NCBI GenBank assembly: GCA_002633005.1
Contig: NMRA01000251.1
Location: forward strand, 1 to 64,000
DNA length: 64,000 nt
Direction: 5' to 3'
Source: Phoronis australis
Lineage: Eukaryota; Animalia; Phoronida
This document shows, in pieces, positions 27,479-40,513 of this stretch (its first letter is position 1; every line of letters starts with the position of its first letter). Below the pieces are notes generated by a model that was not told the origin of the DNA, did not search any database, and worked only from the letters and a program-made list of their open reading frames with translations. The position numbers and the translations under genes are program-made.

Positions 27479-27646
27479 CTTCAGCTGCCCAGTAAATGAT
27501 TGTAAATATTCCGTAAATGGCGACGTATGATAATGGCTGGTACCAGTGAAGGAAACGAGCTGGCAATCCCGTGAGGCACCAGTCTATGACGACATAAGTT
27601 GTGTTCAGAGCATGACTGGTTATACTTCGAATATCAAGCTGCCACC
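27479..27646 (-). CDS. rost: Rolling stone-like paralog A, exon 4 (GWQLDIRSITSHALNTTYVVIDWCLTGLPARFLHWYQPLSYVAIYGIFTIIYWAAE)
   Basis: Translated by hand (not in the ORF track). Acceptor ccgcag|GG, donor AG|gtaatg, 168 nt, phase 1-1. HxxN...D...P.RxxH...Y..F..IYW motifs are characteristic of rost. Confidence 0.9.
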
Positions 27647-28279
27647 CTGCGGATCAGAGTAAATTGCTATTCACAATACCAACCTTGCTTTGACAATTGT
27701 CTACTTACAACCACATGCATTCGTTCAAATCACCTCCTGTGTAACACGAACAGCTCCAGTAAACATGCCACTATTGGCCAAGTACTGGATATCCGTTGCC
27801 TGTTACCGCTTGTACCGCATACCGGTTTACGTTTCTGGGCCACTAACACCCATACTGAGCCCAATACCGTAAAACGACTGCTTGAGCAGTAAACAAAGGC
27901 TCGAACACACGAGGGCAGTTATAACCATGCCCACAGGGGGCGCTTACTAATTTAACACTAACTTTTCTCTTGAAGAATTACCATCAGATTTTTGACAGTA
28001 AAACTTTTCAGTTTTCATAAAAAACTTAATTTCTATCAGATGCATTACAGTGTAATTTTATTGTTTAAAGAAAACTTTTCATCAGATGACTCTCATTAAA
28101 AAACCGCCATTTTGAAATTTCTGTTGAAGAACACTTGGGCTGTTTAGAGATTTTCTACAGTTTGAAACCAGCGTGTGTGTGAGAATAGTGAAGGATTTTG
28201 ACCGTGAACTTCAGATTTCTAGTAAGTTTCATATTTGTTTACTTTGAATGCCGTGCCAATGTCTGTAGGAGTGTAAAAC

Positions 28280-28450
28280 CAGATTTATACCACAGACGTT
28301 CTCAGCTTCTGTTCTGATCGTCTTCAATACAAATTACAATATACTACATGATATGGCTCTAGGGATTAAGAATTCCACGGGTGCTTCATTTCAGCCGACC
28401 ATATCAGACACAAAGCTCAATAAAAGTATGCTGAACAGGTCCAGCAGACC
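28280..28450 (+). repeat. Dispersed repeat, inverted copy at ~60830-60990
   Basis: Shared ctcagcttctg...gatatg...aattccacgggtgcttca.ttcagcc..ccata...ctcaataaa. Confidence 0.75.
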
Positions 28451-29896
28451 ACGAGTAACTGTTATTTCTTCTGATAGCATTCACACAGTCACTTGGTTGG
28501 TCTTTTATGGGCTACAATACTTCCCATCACTTCCTGTAGGAATTTCGTCCCGTGTATTTTAAACAGGCGGAATACCAAGTCCGTTCTCCGATTAACAGTT
28601 TTCACCTTGTCAAAAATACATTCTACACTTAAAACTAAGACTTATTAATGCGCTTGCATGTACTTTCTCCAGTGGTTCTTTATACTTCTACACATATCTT
28701 CGATGAAGCTTAGTTACGAGAAGTAATGTGACTTTGGCGAAGAATTCCAACTCCACTTTTTGGTCATTGTTAACTTTTTCACCGCTTGTGCGATAACCAC
28801 TAAGCATTTCAATAAGTCAAGTGAGTTACGCTAGCGCGAGACTGAGTGAATCGCGTGAGGCTGACGCGTGACACTTGCACAATAGCATGGGAAGGTATCA
28901 GGTGAAATTTGTAAGATTTATGTCCCTTCGACTTTTTATTCATCAACATGCGTGATTTCACGTAACTTCCTTAAAATGGCACCCGGTAAAAGAAACTAGA
29001 GCAAACCGTGACAGATTTCATCGATTTGTTCAAATTAACTTGAGTGATCGTCTCCACGCCGCACTGAGACTGATGCGCATCCAGGAATATCATTGCATAA
29101 ACATCAAAAGCCTTCTTTCCTTGATCCCATTGAATTGCCCAAGTTGTGAATGGTAAATTGGTTACAGAGTTTCCAAGGGAAACACAAGGCTCTTAATTCA
29201 AAGAGGCTAAATAGTTAACATGGCGGATTTCACTTGTGCTTTAACTTGTACGCCTGTCAAAGATAAAATAATTATTGAGTTTCTGTAAGCAACCCCTGTG
29301 TCAAAATCAAGAAATTTCTCAGCAATTTAGTCTTCCATTTACGTGTAATTTGTATCATCTTATAGCTCATTTTATCACTTACTAGTAACTTAGAATTTAA
29401 TTGCAAGAACCTGTCTTGTGTTTGATCTTGACTTTATGGATTACCCTTGTTTGAAGCGCAACGAACACTTGACTTTGGTGGAGATTTCTGATGTCAGACC
29501 ATGCATTTAGTTGCAAGAAATTAGGTATCGGCAACTGCTGGTTTTTGCAGTAATCCTAACTTAGTGATTCTTCAGTTTCAAACAAGGTTATTTTAAAAAC
29601 CCATAGTTTAAACACATTCATACCAAAATTAAATTATGTAATGGATACTCAATAAGCTTTCATGGGCGGGTCAAAACAGACCTTCGGAATACCGTCAGTA
29701 CTGTCTATGAAAAATCCAGATGTGTACGAAGGTCGTCTGCCATGAACGTCAAAAAATATCCTTGGTGGGTTTCAACATTTTTGTTTGCAAATCACCACTC
29801 GAAGGCAGTTTGATATGATAAGGTGAAAGAAGGTATTGAAAAATTTGTTTGGTGATGATTGCACATTTGAGAAAATTCTGAGCAAAACAATTTTCA

Positions 29897-31485
29897 TAGT
29901 CCAAACTTTATTTTTTATTAAGTAGCCTAGTGAGTGACGCCATTGATGATCGTAAGATAAATTCAAGTGCCTGGTTTATATTTGCCAGTTTCGCGCCAGC
30001 ATGACTATTTAAACTTTTTTAAAGTATGATAACAAAGAATACTTGTCGCTAAGCAATTGACAGTACAGTAGCTGCTGAGCATCAGTTTTCATGAAACACG
30101 TGCTAGTATAGAAAAGTTGAGGATATTACGAGGGTGAGACACAGACCCTAACGGTTCTGCCTTAGGGGGATTCCTCTTTGATTGAGTTTTTTGTTTATTT
30201 GTGTAACTCTTTTTAGGGATTTCTCCATAAAATAAGTTGAATACACAGAGTTTACGTAGCTCTTCTAGGGATCAAGAGGAGTTGAAAATTTGCTTATGTA
30301 ACCCGTTTCTCTCATGCAAAGTTGCTTTACTTAAGTTTGAATTTGATCTCCGAAACTGTGCTGTGGGGCTTTAAAGCTGGTATCAAAGGGCAAACTGTTG
30401 TTGTTTTCAGTTGACGCATGCGTTCTGGCGATGCTGTAAGCGCAATGACGAGCATGTACTGTACATGGATTGACCTGAATGGAGAAAGCCAGTTGACAGG
30501 CTTGGCTGTGGCGTAAATTGAACCGATTGAATTAGCAAAATCGGGAGGAACTAATGCTATTTATCGGTGTCATTGCCAGCAAATCATATCTAGTGAGAGC
30601 GTGTTGCAGCCGCAGATAAAACGGGTGACGCAAATTACTCTTAGAGTCGTCCCGGATTACACGGGGATAGGACTCTCCGTTTTCCTGGAGATAAGAAAGC
30701 GTGTGACCTCGTTTTGGAACTCAGGGACATTTCCATGTCTCTCATTGATGCCAGAAGGTGAAGAATTTTAGATCACGCATGCACCGGTAATTGTCCAGTT
30801 TATCAAACTTTCTCACGTCGGAGTTGCAGCCCAAACCACAGCATTACAATTTTGTTGGCATTGGAAGGACGAATGGAGGAATGCAACCTAGAAAATCCTG
30901 TAAGGAGTCATACAATAAAAATAACATGTGCACCTCCAGTGACACGAAAACGAGGCAGCAAATGTGCCTGACGGATGTTTACGGCATTATGAGTAAATAC
31001 ATTGCGATTCCAGTGTCGCTGTGCAATCCGGTACGGCCCTGTAGCTTTGATTTGTTCCCGAATACCTACATGTAGTTGGCGGCCATATTAGCTCGCAATT
31101 ATACACCTGATGATGACAATGGGGTTGGTGTATGTCGCGAAAGGATAACTTCGTATGAGTAATTGAAAAAATTACCTCCGTAGACAGCGACCCAATACAC
31201 AACTGTAATGACCGGAGCCATTGTGGCTGAGACGTTGTTGAACACCCAGCAGACTTTCATCAGTACAGTCATATCGGCATACACTCGGTGAAATAAGCAA
31301 CAGATACCAGAATTATGCAATCGTATGACCATGAGTATTCAATGAGGCAGTGGGGTGGCTAAATTGAAAACCTGGGTCACTTTGCAAAGGACAGGTGGGC
31401 TAATTGCAAAGGTAAAATGAATTTTGACTGTGGGAGGGCTTTTTCAGAGAAGAGAGTGCATGGCCCCCTTTTTCCACCCCAGAGT
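29897..31485 (+). repeat. Duplicated segment copy A (contains rost exon 3), joined by a single N to copy B
   Basis: Near-identical to 31487-31971 plus 33921-35019. The N at 31486 sits exactly at the junction. Confidence 0.92.
31176..31283 (-). CDS. rost: Second copy of paralog A exon 3 (identical protein sequence; probably allelic or assembly duplicate)
   Basis: Same 108-nt exon with two synonymous differences, inside the duplicated segment 29897-31485. Confidence 0.5.
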
Positions 31486-33094
31486 NTAGTCCAAACTTTA
31501 TTTTTTATTAAGTAGCCTAGTGAGTGACGCCATTGATGATCGTAAGATAAATTCAAGTGCCTGGTTTATATTTGCCAGTTTCGCGCCAGCATGACTATTT
31601 AAACTTTTTTAAAGTATGATAACAAAGAATACTTGTCGCTAAGCAATTGACAGTACAGTAGCTGCTGAGCATCAGTTTTCATGAAACACGTGCTAGTATA
31701 GAAAAGTTGAGGATATTACGAGGGTGAGACACAGACCCTAACGGTTCTGCCTTGGGAGGATTCCTCTTTGATTGAGTTTTTTGTTTATTTGTGTAACTCT
31801 TTTTAGGGATTTCTCCATAAAATAAGTTGAATACACAGAGTTTACGTAGCTCTTCTAGGGATCAAGAGGAGTTGAAAATTTGCTTATGTAACCCGTTTCT
31901 CTCATGCAAAGTTGCTTTACTTAAGTTTGAATTTGATCTCCGAAACTGTGCTGTGGGGCTTTAAAGCTGGTTAGGAACTTCCACCTATTTATTATACGCC
32001 CATTTTACATGTTCTATCTCATTTTAGTTGTTTCACAACGAAACTCCATATGCCCAAATATCAAAATCCAAAACAATGCGGGCTTTTGGTGATCTTATGA
32101 AACGTAAAAAATCACCGTTTTGTTGCTTAGTTTACTTCTTCGACAGCGTTGTGCGCGCAAGACATCGTACGATATAAGCAGCACCCAGCCTCGTCTCCAA
32201 GCCTCAAGATGGTGCTGGTCAGTTATGCCATTTAAGGCTTGGTAATAGGAAATGAAATGTGTCATCAATTTTGTTGAAAGTGCCGGAATATGACAAGTGA
32301 TTTCCACATGTTCTGCAGTTATGCATAAAAATAAAAACTAACGGTATATTGCAGCAATTTAGGTCTAAATTATAGCAAAAATGATGTATTTTGAGTTGAA
32401 AACAGATTCATACTATTCATAAATAAGAATTGAAAATAAGTACAACCTTTGTTTCAGACATTAACTAAAACAATGCTTTATGTCACATGAATGACAATGT
32501 GAAAATAATTACAATCTGCATTTGTTCAATGATGCCAAGACATCGGTCAATCACTGCGCAGAGAGTAATTCCAATAGCGAAGCCTCAAATGGCTAAACTG
32601 ATCAGTGCCATCTTGAGGCTTGAGGACGAAGTTGAAAAGGTCACATCAGTGTCAAGTGTGTGTAAACACGGAGCAAAAATCATCAGTTGATGCTCACGAG
32701 ACTTTTTTGTAACAGATTGTAAAGTATTTTTAGGAATCTTGAAGTGGTAACGAAATAGACATTTTGGGAAGAAATGGAATGAATATAAAGTCGCTTCTGA
32801 CAATATTTATTGCAAGAAACTGAAGTCCTACGACAAGATGTAATACTTCTGTTAACAAAGGATGAAAGTTTTGTAAACAATAATAAGATGCTTAGTTGTT
32901 ATTTATATAATTCATCATTTTTTGTAAGTATTTTACCATAGCAGTTTCATTGTAATAAAAGTATTAAAGAAGAGACTTTTCTTCTTGTTAGTCACAGCTG
33001 CACATGCAATAGGACTGGAATGACCAACAAAGCGAACGTTGTTGGAGTTCAAAACCTGAAGCATTGAAAACTTGTTTCGTTATATCCACAAATA

Positions 33095-33465
33095 TTAATA
33101 TTCCTGCATTGGGATTGTAAAGGCAACATTAATGGTTCAATATTGGCGCTGTACTGGCCCATCACTACACTTTCGCCTTTGTAAGTAGTATAATGGCTTA
33201 ATATGAGCCCATCAATGGCCCTGTACAGGGACAACACAGTCTGTCAATACTGGCACTTTATAGGGCCGAAACCGGTTTTTGATGTATTGGCCCTGTAATG
33301 GCTTGGTACTGTCCCTTTAATGGTCCGATATCGCAATCTTATACCGGCCCAATACCGAGAAGATGTTCAAAATGTTACTGGGCCAGTACTGGCCTACATC
33401 ATTGGGCCAATACAGAATGAGACAGTTCAGGGCCAGTGCTGGCCCAGTACCTGCATGTTTACAGG
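33095..33465. mobile_element. MITE fragment with internal (t)actggcc/ggcccagta repeats ending gtttacaggg
   Basis: Repeated tactggccc / gggccagtactggcc / ggcccagta units and a terminal-looking catgtttacaggg. The opposite end is unclear. Confidence 0.45.
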
Positions 33466-34710
33466 GGCGACGCCGCCAGTCTGGGTCTCCCCTAAGATAA
33501 AATTACAGACAATGATGTCGATGGATTGCGATTCAACAAGCAACAGTAAAAGCTCGCAAAATCTTTAAATGATACATGTGACCACCGAGTGATGGAGGTA
33601 ATACTTCAATCTCGATACGGTGGCAATTTTGATAAAAAAACTTACATTGGGTATCTCTCTTTAATTATTTTTTGTTTCCTCGTCCTCAAATATACTAGGA
33701 CAAGTGTTTGGTTTTCCCTTATCTTATTTTACAATCGTTCAGTAAAACTGCTTCTATTATTGTCTTGACGTACAATCATGTACTAAACCAATCGAAACAA
33801 GTGACTCATGCCACAAGAACAGACGCAAGACAAGAACACTCGGGATTGTTTTATGAATTTTTGAAATCAACATACAGAGGTGATTGAGATAACATCAATC
33901 TCAAATGACTATAATGTTGATATCAAAGGGCAAACTGTTGTTGTTTTCAGTTAACGCATGCGTTCTGGCGATGCTGTAAGCGCAATGACGAGCATGTACT
34001 GTACATGGATTGACCTGAATGGAGAAAGCCAGTTGACAGGCTGTGGCGTAAATTGAACCGATTGAATTAGCAAAATCTGGAGGAATTAATGCTATTTATT
34101 GGTGTCATTGCCAGCAAAACATATCTAGTGAGAGCGTGTTGCAGCCGCAGATAAAACGGGTGACGCAAATTACTCTTAGAGTCGTCCCGGATTACACGGT
34201 GATAGGACTCTCCGTTTTCCTGGAGATAAGAAAGCGTGTGACCTCGTTTTGGAACTCAGGGACATTTCCATGTCTCTCATTGATGCCAGAAAGTGAAGAA
34301 TTTTAGATCACGCATGAACCGGTAATTGTCCAGTTTATCAAACTTTCTCACGTCGGAGTTGCAGCCCAACCCACAGCATTACAATTTTGTTGGCATTGGA
34401 AGGACGGATGGAGGAATGCAACCTAGAAAATCCTGTAAGGAGTCATACAATAAAAATAACATGTGCACCTCCAGTGACACGAAAACGAGGCAGCAAATGT
34501 GCCTGACGGATGTTTACGGCATTATGAGTAAATACATTGAGATTCGAGTGTCGCTGTGCAATCCGGTACGGCCCTGTTGCTTTGATTTGTTCCCGAATAC
34601 CTACATGTAGTTGGCGGCCATATTAGCTCGCAATTATACACCCGATGATGACAATGGGGTTGGTGTATGTCGCGAAAGGATAACTTCGTATGAGTAATTA
34701 AAAAAATTAC

Positions 34711-34818
34711 CTCCGTAGACAGCGACCCAATACACAACTGTAATGACGGGAGCCATTGTGGCCGAGACGTTGTTGAACACCCAGCAGACTTTCATCAGTA
34801 CAGTCATATCGGCATACA
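34711..34818 (-). CDS. rost: Rolling stone-like paralog A, exon 3 (VYADMTVLMKVCWVFNNVSATMAPVITVVYWVAVYG), copy B
   Basis: 108 nt, phase 1-1, donor G|gtaatt. KxxWxxxN...VxxxYW motif matches paralog B exon 3. The acceptor is an uncommon ccgag, so the 5' boundary is less certain. Confidence 0.8.
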
Positions 34819-36193
34819 CTCGGTGAAATAAGCAACAGACACCAGAATTATGCATTCGTATGACCATGAGTATTCAATGAGGCAGTGGGGTGGCTAAATT
34901 GAAAACTTAGGTCACTTTGGAAAGGACAGGTGGGCCAATTGCAAAGGTAAAATGAATTTTGACTGTGGGAGGGCTTATTCAGAGAAGAGAGTGCATGGCC
35001 CCTTTTTCCACCCCAGAGTGACTAACACGTCAAAAACGTGGCCAAGCACACAATGAGTTCCTATCTTCGGGAAGAGAAAAGTTTTATTCGGACTGATGCT
35101 ATTCACGCGTTTTCCACCTTAAATTGCCAGGGTCGTCTGATTTTCTGTTGCTGAGGATCCCGTTAAACCCTAATCAGTTACTGGCCAAAGGACGCCATTT
35201 CTGAGTAACACAAATACATGCATAAAGACATACGCACATAAATACCTTGAAATCGGCCTTTCTTCCGAAGAAGCTATGTGATAAATCTGACAACATGAAT
35301 TTTCTGGAGTGTCGAAGTAAAATCTAGTCCTCGAGAATTAATCAACGGAGCAGGTATCTACAGTATGTCTACGATCAACGCTTTATTACAAGAACTACAC
35401 CCTGTAGACCAACAGGAAAGTGAATAGGTGGTGCTGAAGAATGAAGGGTCCTGGTTTAAGTATCTGAATGGAATTGTGGCCATTTGCTTAATAGTGGAAC
35501 CTACGAGAATTACCTGGGATGTGTTCCGTAAACGCAAGAATTTCGGAAGTAAATCGAGTGTGGTCACGTGCTTCAACTATAATACATGGCGGTATCCCGC
35601 TAAGTGACGGGTTTTTGAGAAATTCTTGGGTCTGCGGAAAGCTGGTCTCAATAAACACATTACTGTGGCAAGACCCCTTGCTTCACCTGCAACACCCATT
35701 AAAGTTCAAGTTCACCTGCCTGACTATGAAGAATCTACCTTCAGCACATTATATAGCATTAGTCAAAATAACCGAACTTAAAGGTGTATAAGACTGTTGT
35801 TGAAGATAATACCGTGTTCATCCTCTCTACTACCACTATTACTACCATCAGTATTGAGCATCAGAATAACCTTTGTGATGAGCATCTTTCTTTGTCATCG
35901 ATATAGTGAACATGAACACCGGCGACGGAAAACAGTTTTTGGTTCGTAGATCAGCGTGTAAACTAAAAATAATACAAGTTGCAATACTTAAAACAATACA
36001 CAAACAATCCACACACTGCTGCCGCTTTTTACCGGGAATGAAATTTCCGATTTGGTAAATGCATTGTCAAGTTTCTATCAGCAAATGTCAGTGTAATAAT
36101 GGTGGCAAGGAGAGTAATGTCACAGATTAAATCTATGTAATACGAACCCCATATAAGTTTTCAACTCGGGTAAATCCCGGGACCTTTACCTAC

Positions 36194-36425
36194 CATTGTC
36201 TGGTACAGCATCCCTGCTACACGTGCGTGCATAGCCTGTGTATGCCAGAGACGTTTTGAGTGTCTCTGTTATACATAAAATAGTGAATGTCCAGTGGGTT
36301 AGGTAGATGAAATACTTTCCTCGGGGACCATCGAATACAGCTATAGAGTAGACGAGGACTGTGCAGAAGAACAGTGATGCCACCTGGCGGTAGACAACGA
36401 AGACAACAGACGGCCGCTGGGTCCA
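36194..36425 (-). CDS. rost: Rolling stone-like paralog A, exon 2 (WTQRPSVVFVVYR...KYFIYLTHWTF...DAVPDN)
   Basis: Acceptor ttcag|TGG and phase-1 donor G|gtaggt. Contains the hallmark KYFIYLTHW motif and two hydrophobic helices, and is colinear with paralog B exon 2. Confidence 0.9.
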
Positions 36426-39400
36426 CTGAAACATGAGTTGGGTAAAGTGACACCTGCCGGATGAACCTTATGTAACATCAAAGTTAAAGGTGTCTTCCCT
36501 GAGTATCTAGCTATCAGGAAACAAAAGGTGCATTATCCCACTTAAACCCTTAAAATCGAACTTCTCATACCCTTGGTGTAATGGGATTTGAAAGCCTCAG
36601 CGTTTCTTGGGTTTGGCCAATTCTAAAATTGCACATCTTACAGTACGCATGTAGGCCTATGCATCGCGTGTGATTTGAGTTGCTGACTCATTTGGCAACA
36701 ACTCTGAATCGGGTAAGTGAAGTTTAGACTTCAACATTAACAACTGCAGATTCGAAAGCTGAATGTGATAGTTTTTGCATGTATTGATATCGAAGAAATC
36801 CAATCAAATTACTGATTAAGTTGCTTAGATGCGATGAACGTACTTTTAATTGTTTCAATATTTAACTAAAGTGAGGTCATGCGGGAGATTAGTATCAAGT
36901 CAGAATTAAGTTGGAAGTGTCCTTCTTACTAGAATTACTGTTCTTTATCCAGAACCAGGTCCATAACGCTCTAAATACATTCGTGGACATCTTGCATTGC
37001 TCGACTTCCCTCATTTGCAGTAAATAATGACTATGACTTTGGGTCCCAATGCAAGAAAACAGATCAAATTAAGTAGGTAATTACAAAAATTTAATCAACA
37101 GATAATCAAAAGAATTAATTGCAGGCGGCCCGATACACGCTGTACCAGACGTGCGCAAGCCGCTCATGTGAGCCCATTGCACTGATCAACGGAAACCATT
37201 TTTATTCTTTGTTAATAAATAGTTAAAACCGAGCTGAGGAGCTAAAAACCTGACTCAAGGGTTTAACAGTGCGACCTGGTGAGACTTGAACCTACATGTA
37301 CCTCCTCCAGCAAAGAAAGAGGACACCATTCCAGGCTATAATGCCTCCTCCAATAGACGACCAAATGTAACCGACTTTTTACAATACAGTATGCCACATG
37401 TTTGAAATTTTAACAGTATGGTAAATTTCTGTTCTGGAAGTAACGGCGCAGAATTTGGTTTCGGTTAAATATGGAATTTTTTAAAATGAGTGGGTTCGAT
37501 TCCCTGTTGGGGAAAAACTTTTTCAGGTCACGTGATATGGCCACAGGTTACGTAAAGGCCAGACTTAAAAATAGTTGCAAAATTCGGTTTCTGTTTTATT
37601 CGGTCAGTTATCATAAGCAAACCAATTACATCTTAAGAAAACCAATTTAGTACTTTGCTGAAGATACACACGGTTATGCCAAACAATTATTATACCCTGC
37701 TGGTAATACAAAGCCAAATGAAGATATTTTGTCCAACCACTGTATACGAAGTTCATTCAAACATTCTTAGTGACATAAATGACATGTAAGTGTGTCAACG
37801 ATTCTGGTTCATAATAGCAAAATGCACATATTTAGCGTATGAATACTTAAAATTTTACATTTACCAAATACAATTTAGTTGGTAGTAAACTATGTGAAAT
37901 CATGTATTGTAGCCAACAAAAGGGTTTGCTCACAATACACTAAAAGAACTTTTTTCGATTCACTTTCGTGAAAGCTGTATAAAAATGAATCAAAAGCAAG
38001 TTATTTTAGTCGGGACACAAGCCCAAATACATGTTATGGCCATTGAACACAACTCTAAGTATTTTCAAACTTAACTGAACTATTTACATGTATGCACCGC
38101 CAGCTAAAATGGCTGCCGTAGCGAGCGACAGTTGACTCGTGACATTTACTACGTAAGCCAACACTGCGTGTATCGCTAACCGACTAGAGCGACGTCTTTC
38201 GTGAAAATGGACTCGTGCATTATTGGTACTCACTCGACTGCCACCATAAGTAATGAGATTTCCGCAAATAGCAAAAAACACAAACATGGACAGGGCTGAA
38301 AGTTAAGAAACGATATCCTTCTATTGACGAAGTTCATCCTATTTTAAATCGGTGAATGTACAGTAAGGAGTGACTTTTAAGGACGTACAAATGATCTTGA
38401 TATCGGGGCAATTTCGTCGCCCGGTATCAAATTTCCAACTGACCCTCTTAACCTAGGTATATTAATGTAAATTTTGTAGCTGTTCGGAATCAAGCGCTAG
38501 TGCAGAACAAGGGACAGTGTTTCTGCCTGATTTTTTTATTTTTAACAACAGCCACGAACGGTAAAAATCATTTGTGCCACTAATTGTGGGATTTGTCTCC
38601 GTCTTTAACAGGTGAGCTACGGTTTTACATTCGGGGCTGGGTATTGCAGACGGAAGACACTTGCAAGGTCACGCACGTTTTTTCGGGGTACATGTATATC
38701 ATCATGCAATGAAGCGAAGCGAACGGGCTCATAATACTGTAGCTCTACCGATCTGTGTCTTGCGTGTACGGAAGGAACGCAGCTTAGGCCAACAGAACGT
38801 AAAAGTTTTTGCGAACGTAGTGAGACCTATAATGGTATTTTTTAGTTTCTGATTGAGTCAGTTCTGTATCAAGTTTACACTCTGACTCTATCAGTTTTGG
38901 ACCTACGCTTTTTTGGACTTGGGTGATTTTCACGGAGGTGGGGGAAAATTCTTGATTTTTGTACCAAGTGACGAAAGTGTGAAGTCGAGCAATTTTTTGC
39001 AGCATGTGACATATCTATGCAGTCGAGCACTTTACCAAACAGTACTTTCGGAAAGTCGGAAAATTGACGTCATCTATTGCTTGAACGCATGTATTCAAAA
39101 TTTGGATTCAAATTCAGAAAAAAAAAAAACTATAGAGTCTTTACTTGGCTTCCAGCAGTAGTACACGTACGTCGTTGCGAAGAAAAAATCGGCGCTTCTC
39201 GGGCGAGATTTTAACTTTCGCCAATAACAACCGTCTAGATACGTGATACATGTAGGTCAAATACACAACTGAAGGCGAACAACGGACGTACATGTATTGG
39301 TGAATAGAGGGTAACCATAAGGAACGGCAAAGAAAGGAAGAAACGACGTTTGCATGACCGTTTTTGAGGCATGCGCAGATATTATGCTTCTGAAGTTATG

Positions 39401-40273
39401 TTTGGTCCCTCCCTCCACGACAGCGCGTTGCCAATATGCATGGTCAACTTCCTGTATGTAGGTTTACTATGTAAAATTTATTTCAAACGACAAAACTGAG
39501 TGAAGTTAGAATTTCACAGAACAAAAGTCGCGGTTTCAGTGTTTCCATTGGTTATGATAACAGCTCCTTGAAATAAAGAAATTGGACAAGTTATGATTTT
39601 TAGCTTGGGAGCCAGGGAATACCATTGGAGCATACTATAAAACCCATTTAATACGACTCAAGTCATGGCTGTATTTTTCAAAAACACTGCATTTTTATAT
39701 TTTTAAAAACAACATGAATTCGACAGAAATAAAATAAGCTTCACGTGCCTGGTTTTGTATTTTTAATCATCATTTTCAACATTTCCAAGCTTTAGATTGT
39801 CAAAACTTTTTTTAAATGACATTGGTTTGATACTTAGAACTCATGTCTTCTTTGTTTTGACTAGATCATGCCTGAAAAAACTCCACCAGAAAAAAAAGAT
39901 AAAGCATAAAGGTCAAATTTGATTGCAGACTGCACCACAAGGCCATTATATTATTTTTGGGATAATTCAATTGACGTTTAAGAAAAGATGTAGGAATCAC
40001 GGGCTACGGTGTGCCAGCGTCATGTGATACTGGGCGGGGGCATTGGCTTCGATAAAAATATTATTCAGAATGTTAAAATAGTTTGAATTTTTGAAACAAA
40101 CGTTCGTCAGATATTTGAAGACTTTAAAAGCTTAAGACGTTGTTACTATTCAATAACGCTTAGACATCTTATTTCAGAGACTGTTTTTACGGAAATTATC
40201 CATGTGTTCTCACTGCACAGGAATTCAGCTGCAACAGTTTGAGTCGAGTTCTACAGATCATGTTTTCATGTAC

Positions 40274-40513
40274 CTGATTGAAGACAAATAGGTCTGGCGT
40301 TTCGTATTCAAGGCCCCAGTTTTTTCGCTTGAATTCTTCGCAACAACATTGTTTGCACGACGAAAACTGCTGCTCCTCGCTGTCCTTCTTTATTTCTGTG
40401 TCCAACGGAACTACAACTGCGTTTTCGGCGTCACTTGCGGGCATTCCTATAGACAATTCACAATCAACTGTCACTGGACTCGTTTGGTCAGCAGTATTCG
40501 TTGTATCCGACAT
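40274..40513 (-). CDS. rost: Rolling stone-like membrane protein, paralog A, coding exon 1 of 5 (MSDTTNTADQ...CCCEEFKRKNWGLEYETPDLFVFNQ)
   Basis: ATG at 40513, 240 nt, phase-0 donor CAG|gtacat. The EFxxxNWxLExxxPDLFVxxQ|W motif is typical of rost N-termini and matches paralog B exon 1. Confidence 0.85.

Larger units (their letters stand above)
31487..35019 (+). repeat. Duplicated segment copy B, carrying ~1.95 kb extra sequence (31972-33920)
   Basis: Copy A reads ttaaagctgg-tatcaaaggg contiguously. In copy B these halves are separated by ~1.95 kb. Confidence 0.92.

Noticed and set aside
35870-35962. Possible extra rost-A exon (tttttag|...AAAG|gttatt)
   Set aside because: It hits a stop in the expected phase 1, is open only with the alternative donor, has a weak donor, and has no counterpart in paralog B.
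36543-37265. piggyBac-like MITE (ttaaaccctt ... aagggtttaa)
   Set aside because: The inverted match is only ~10 bp of AT-rich sequence and could be chance.
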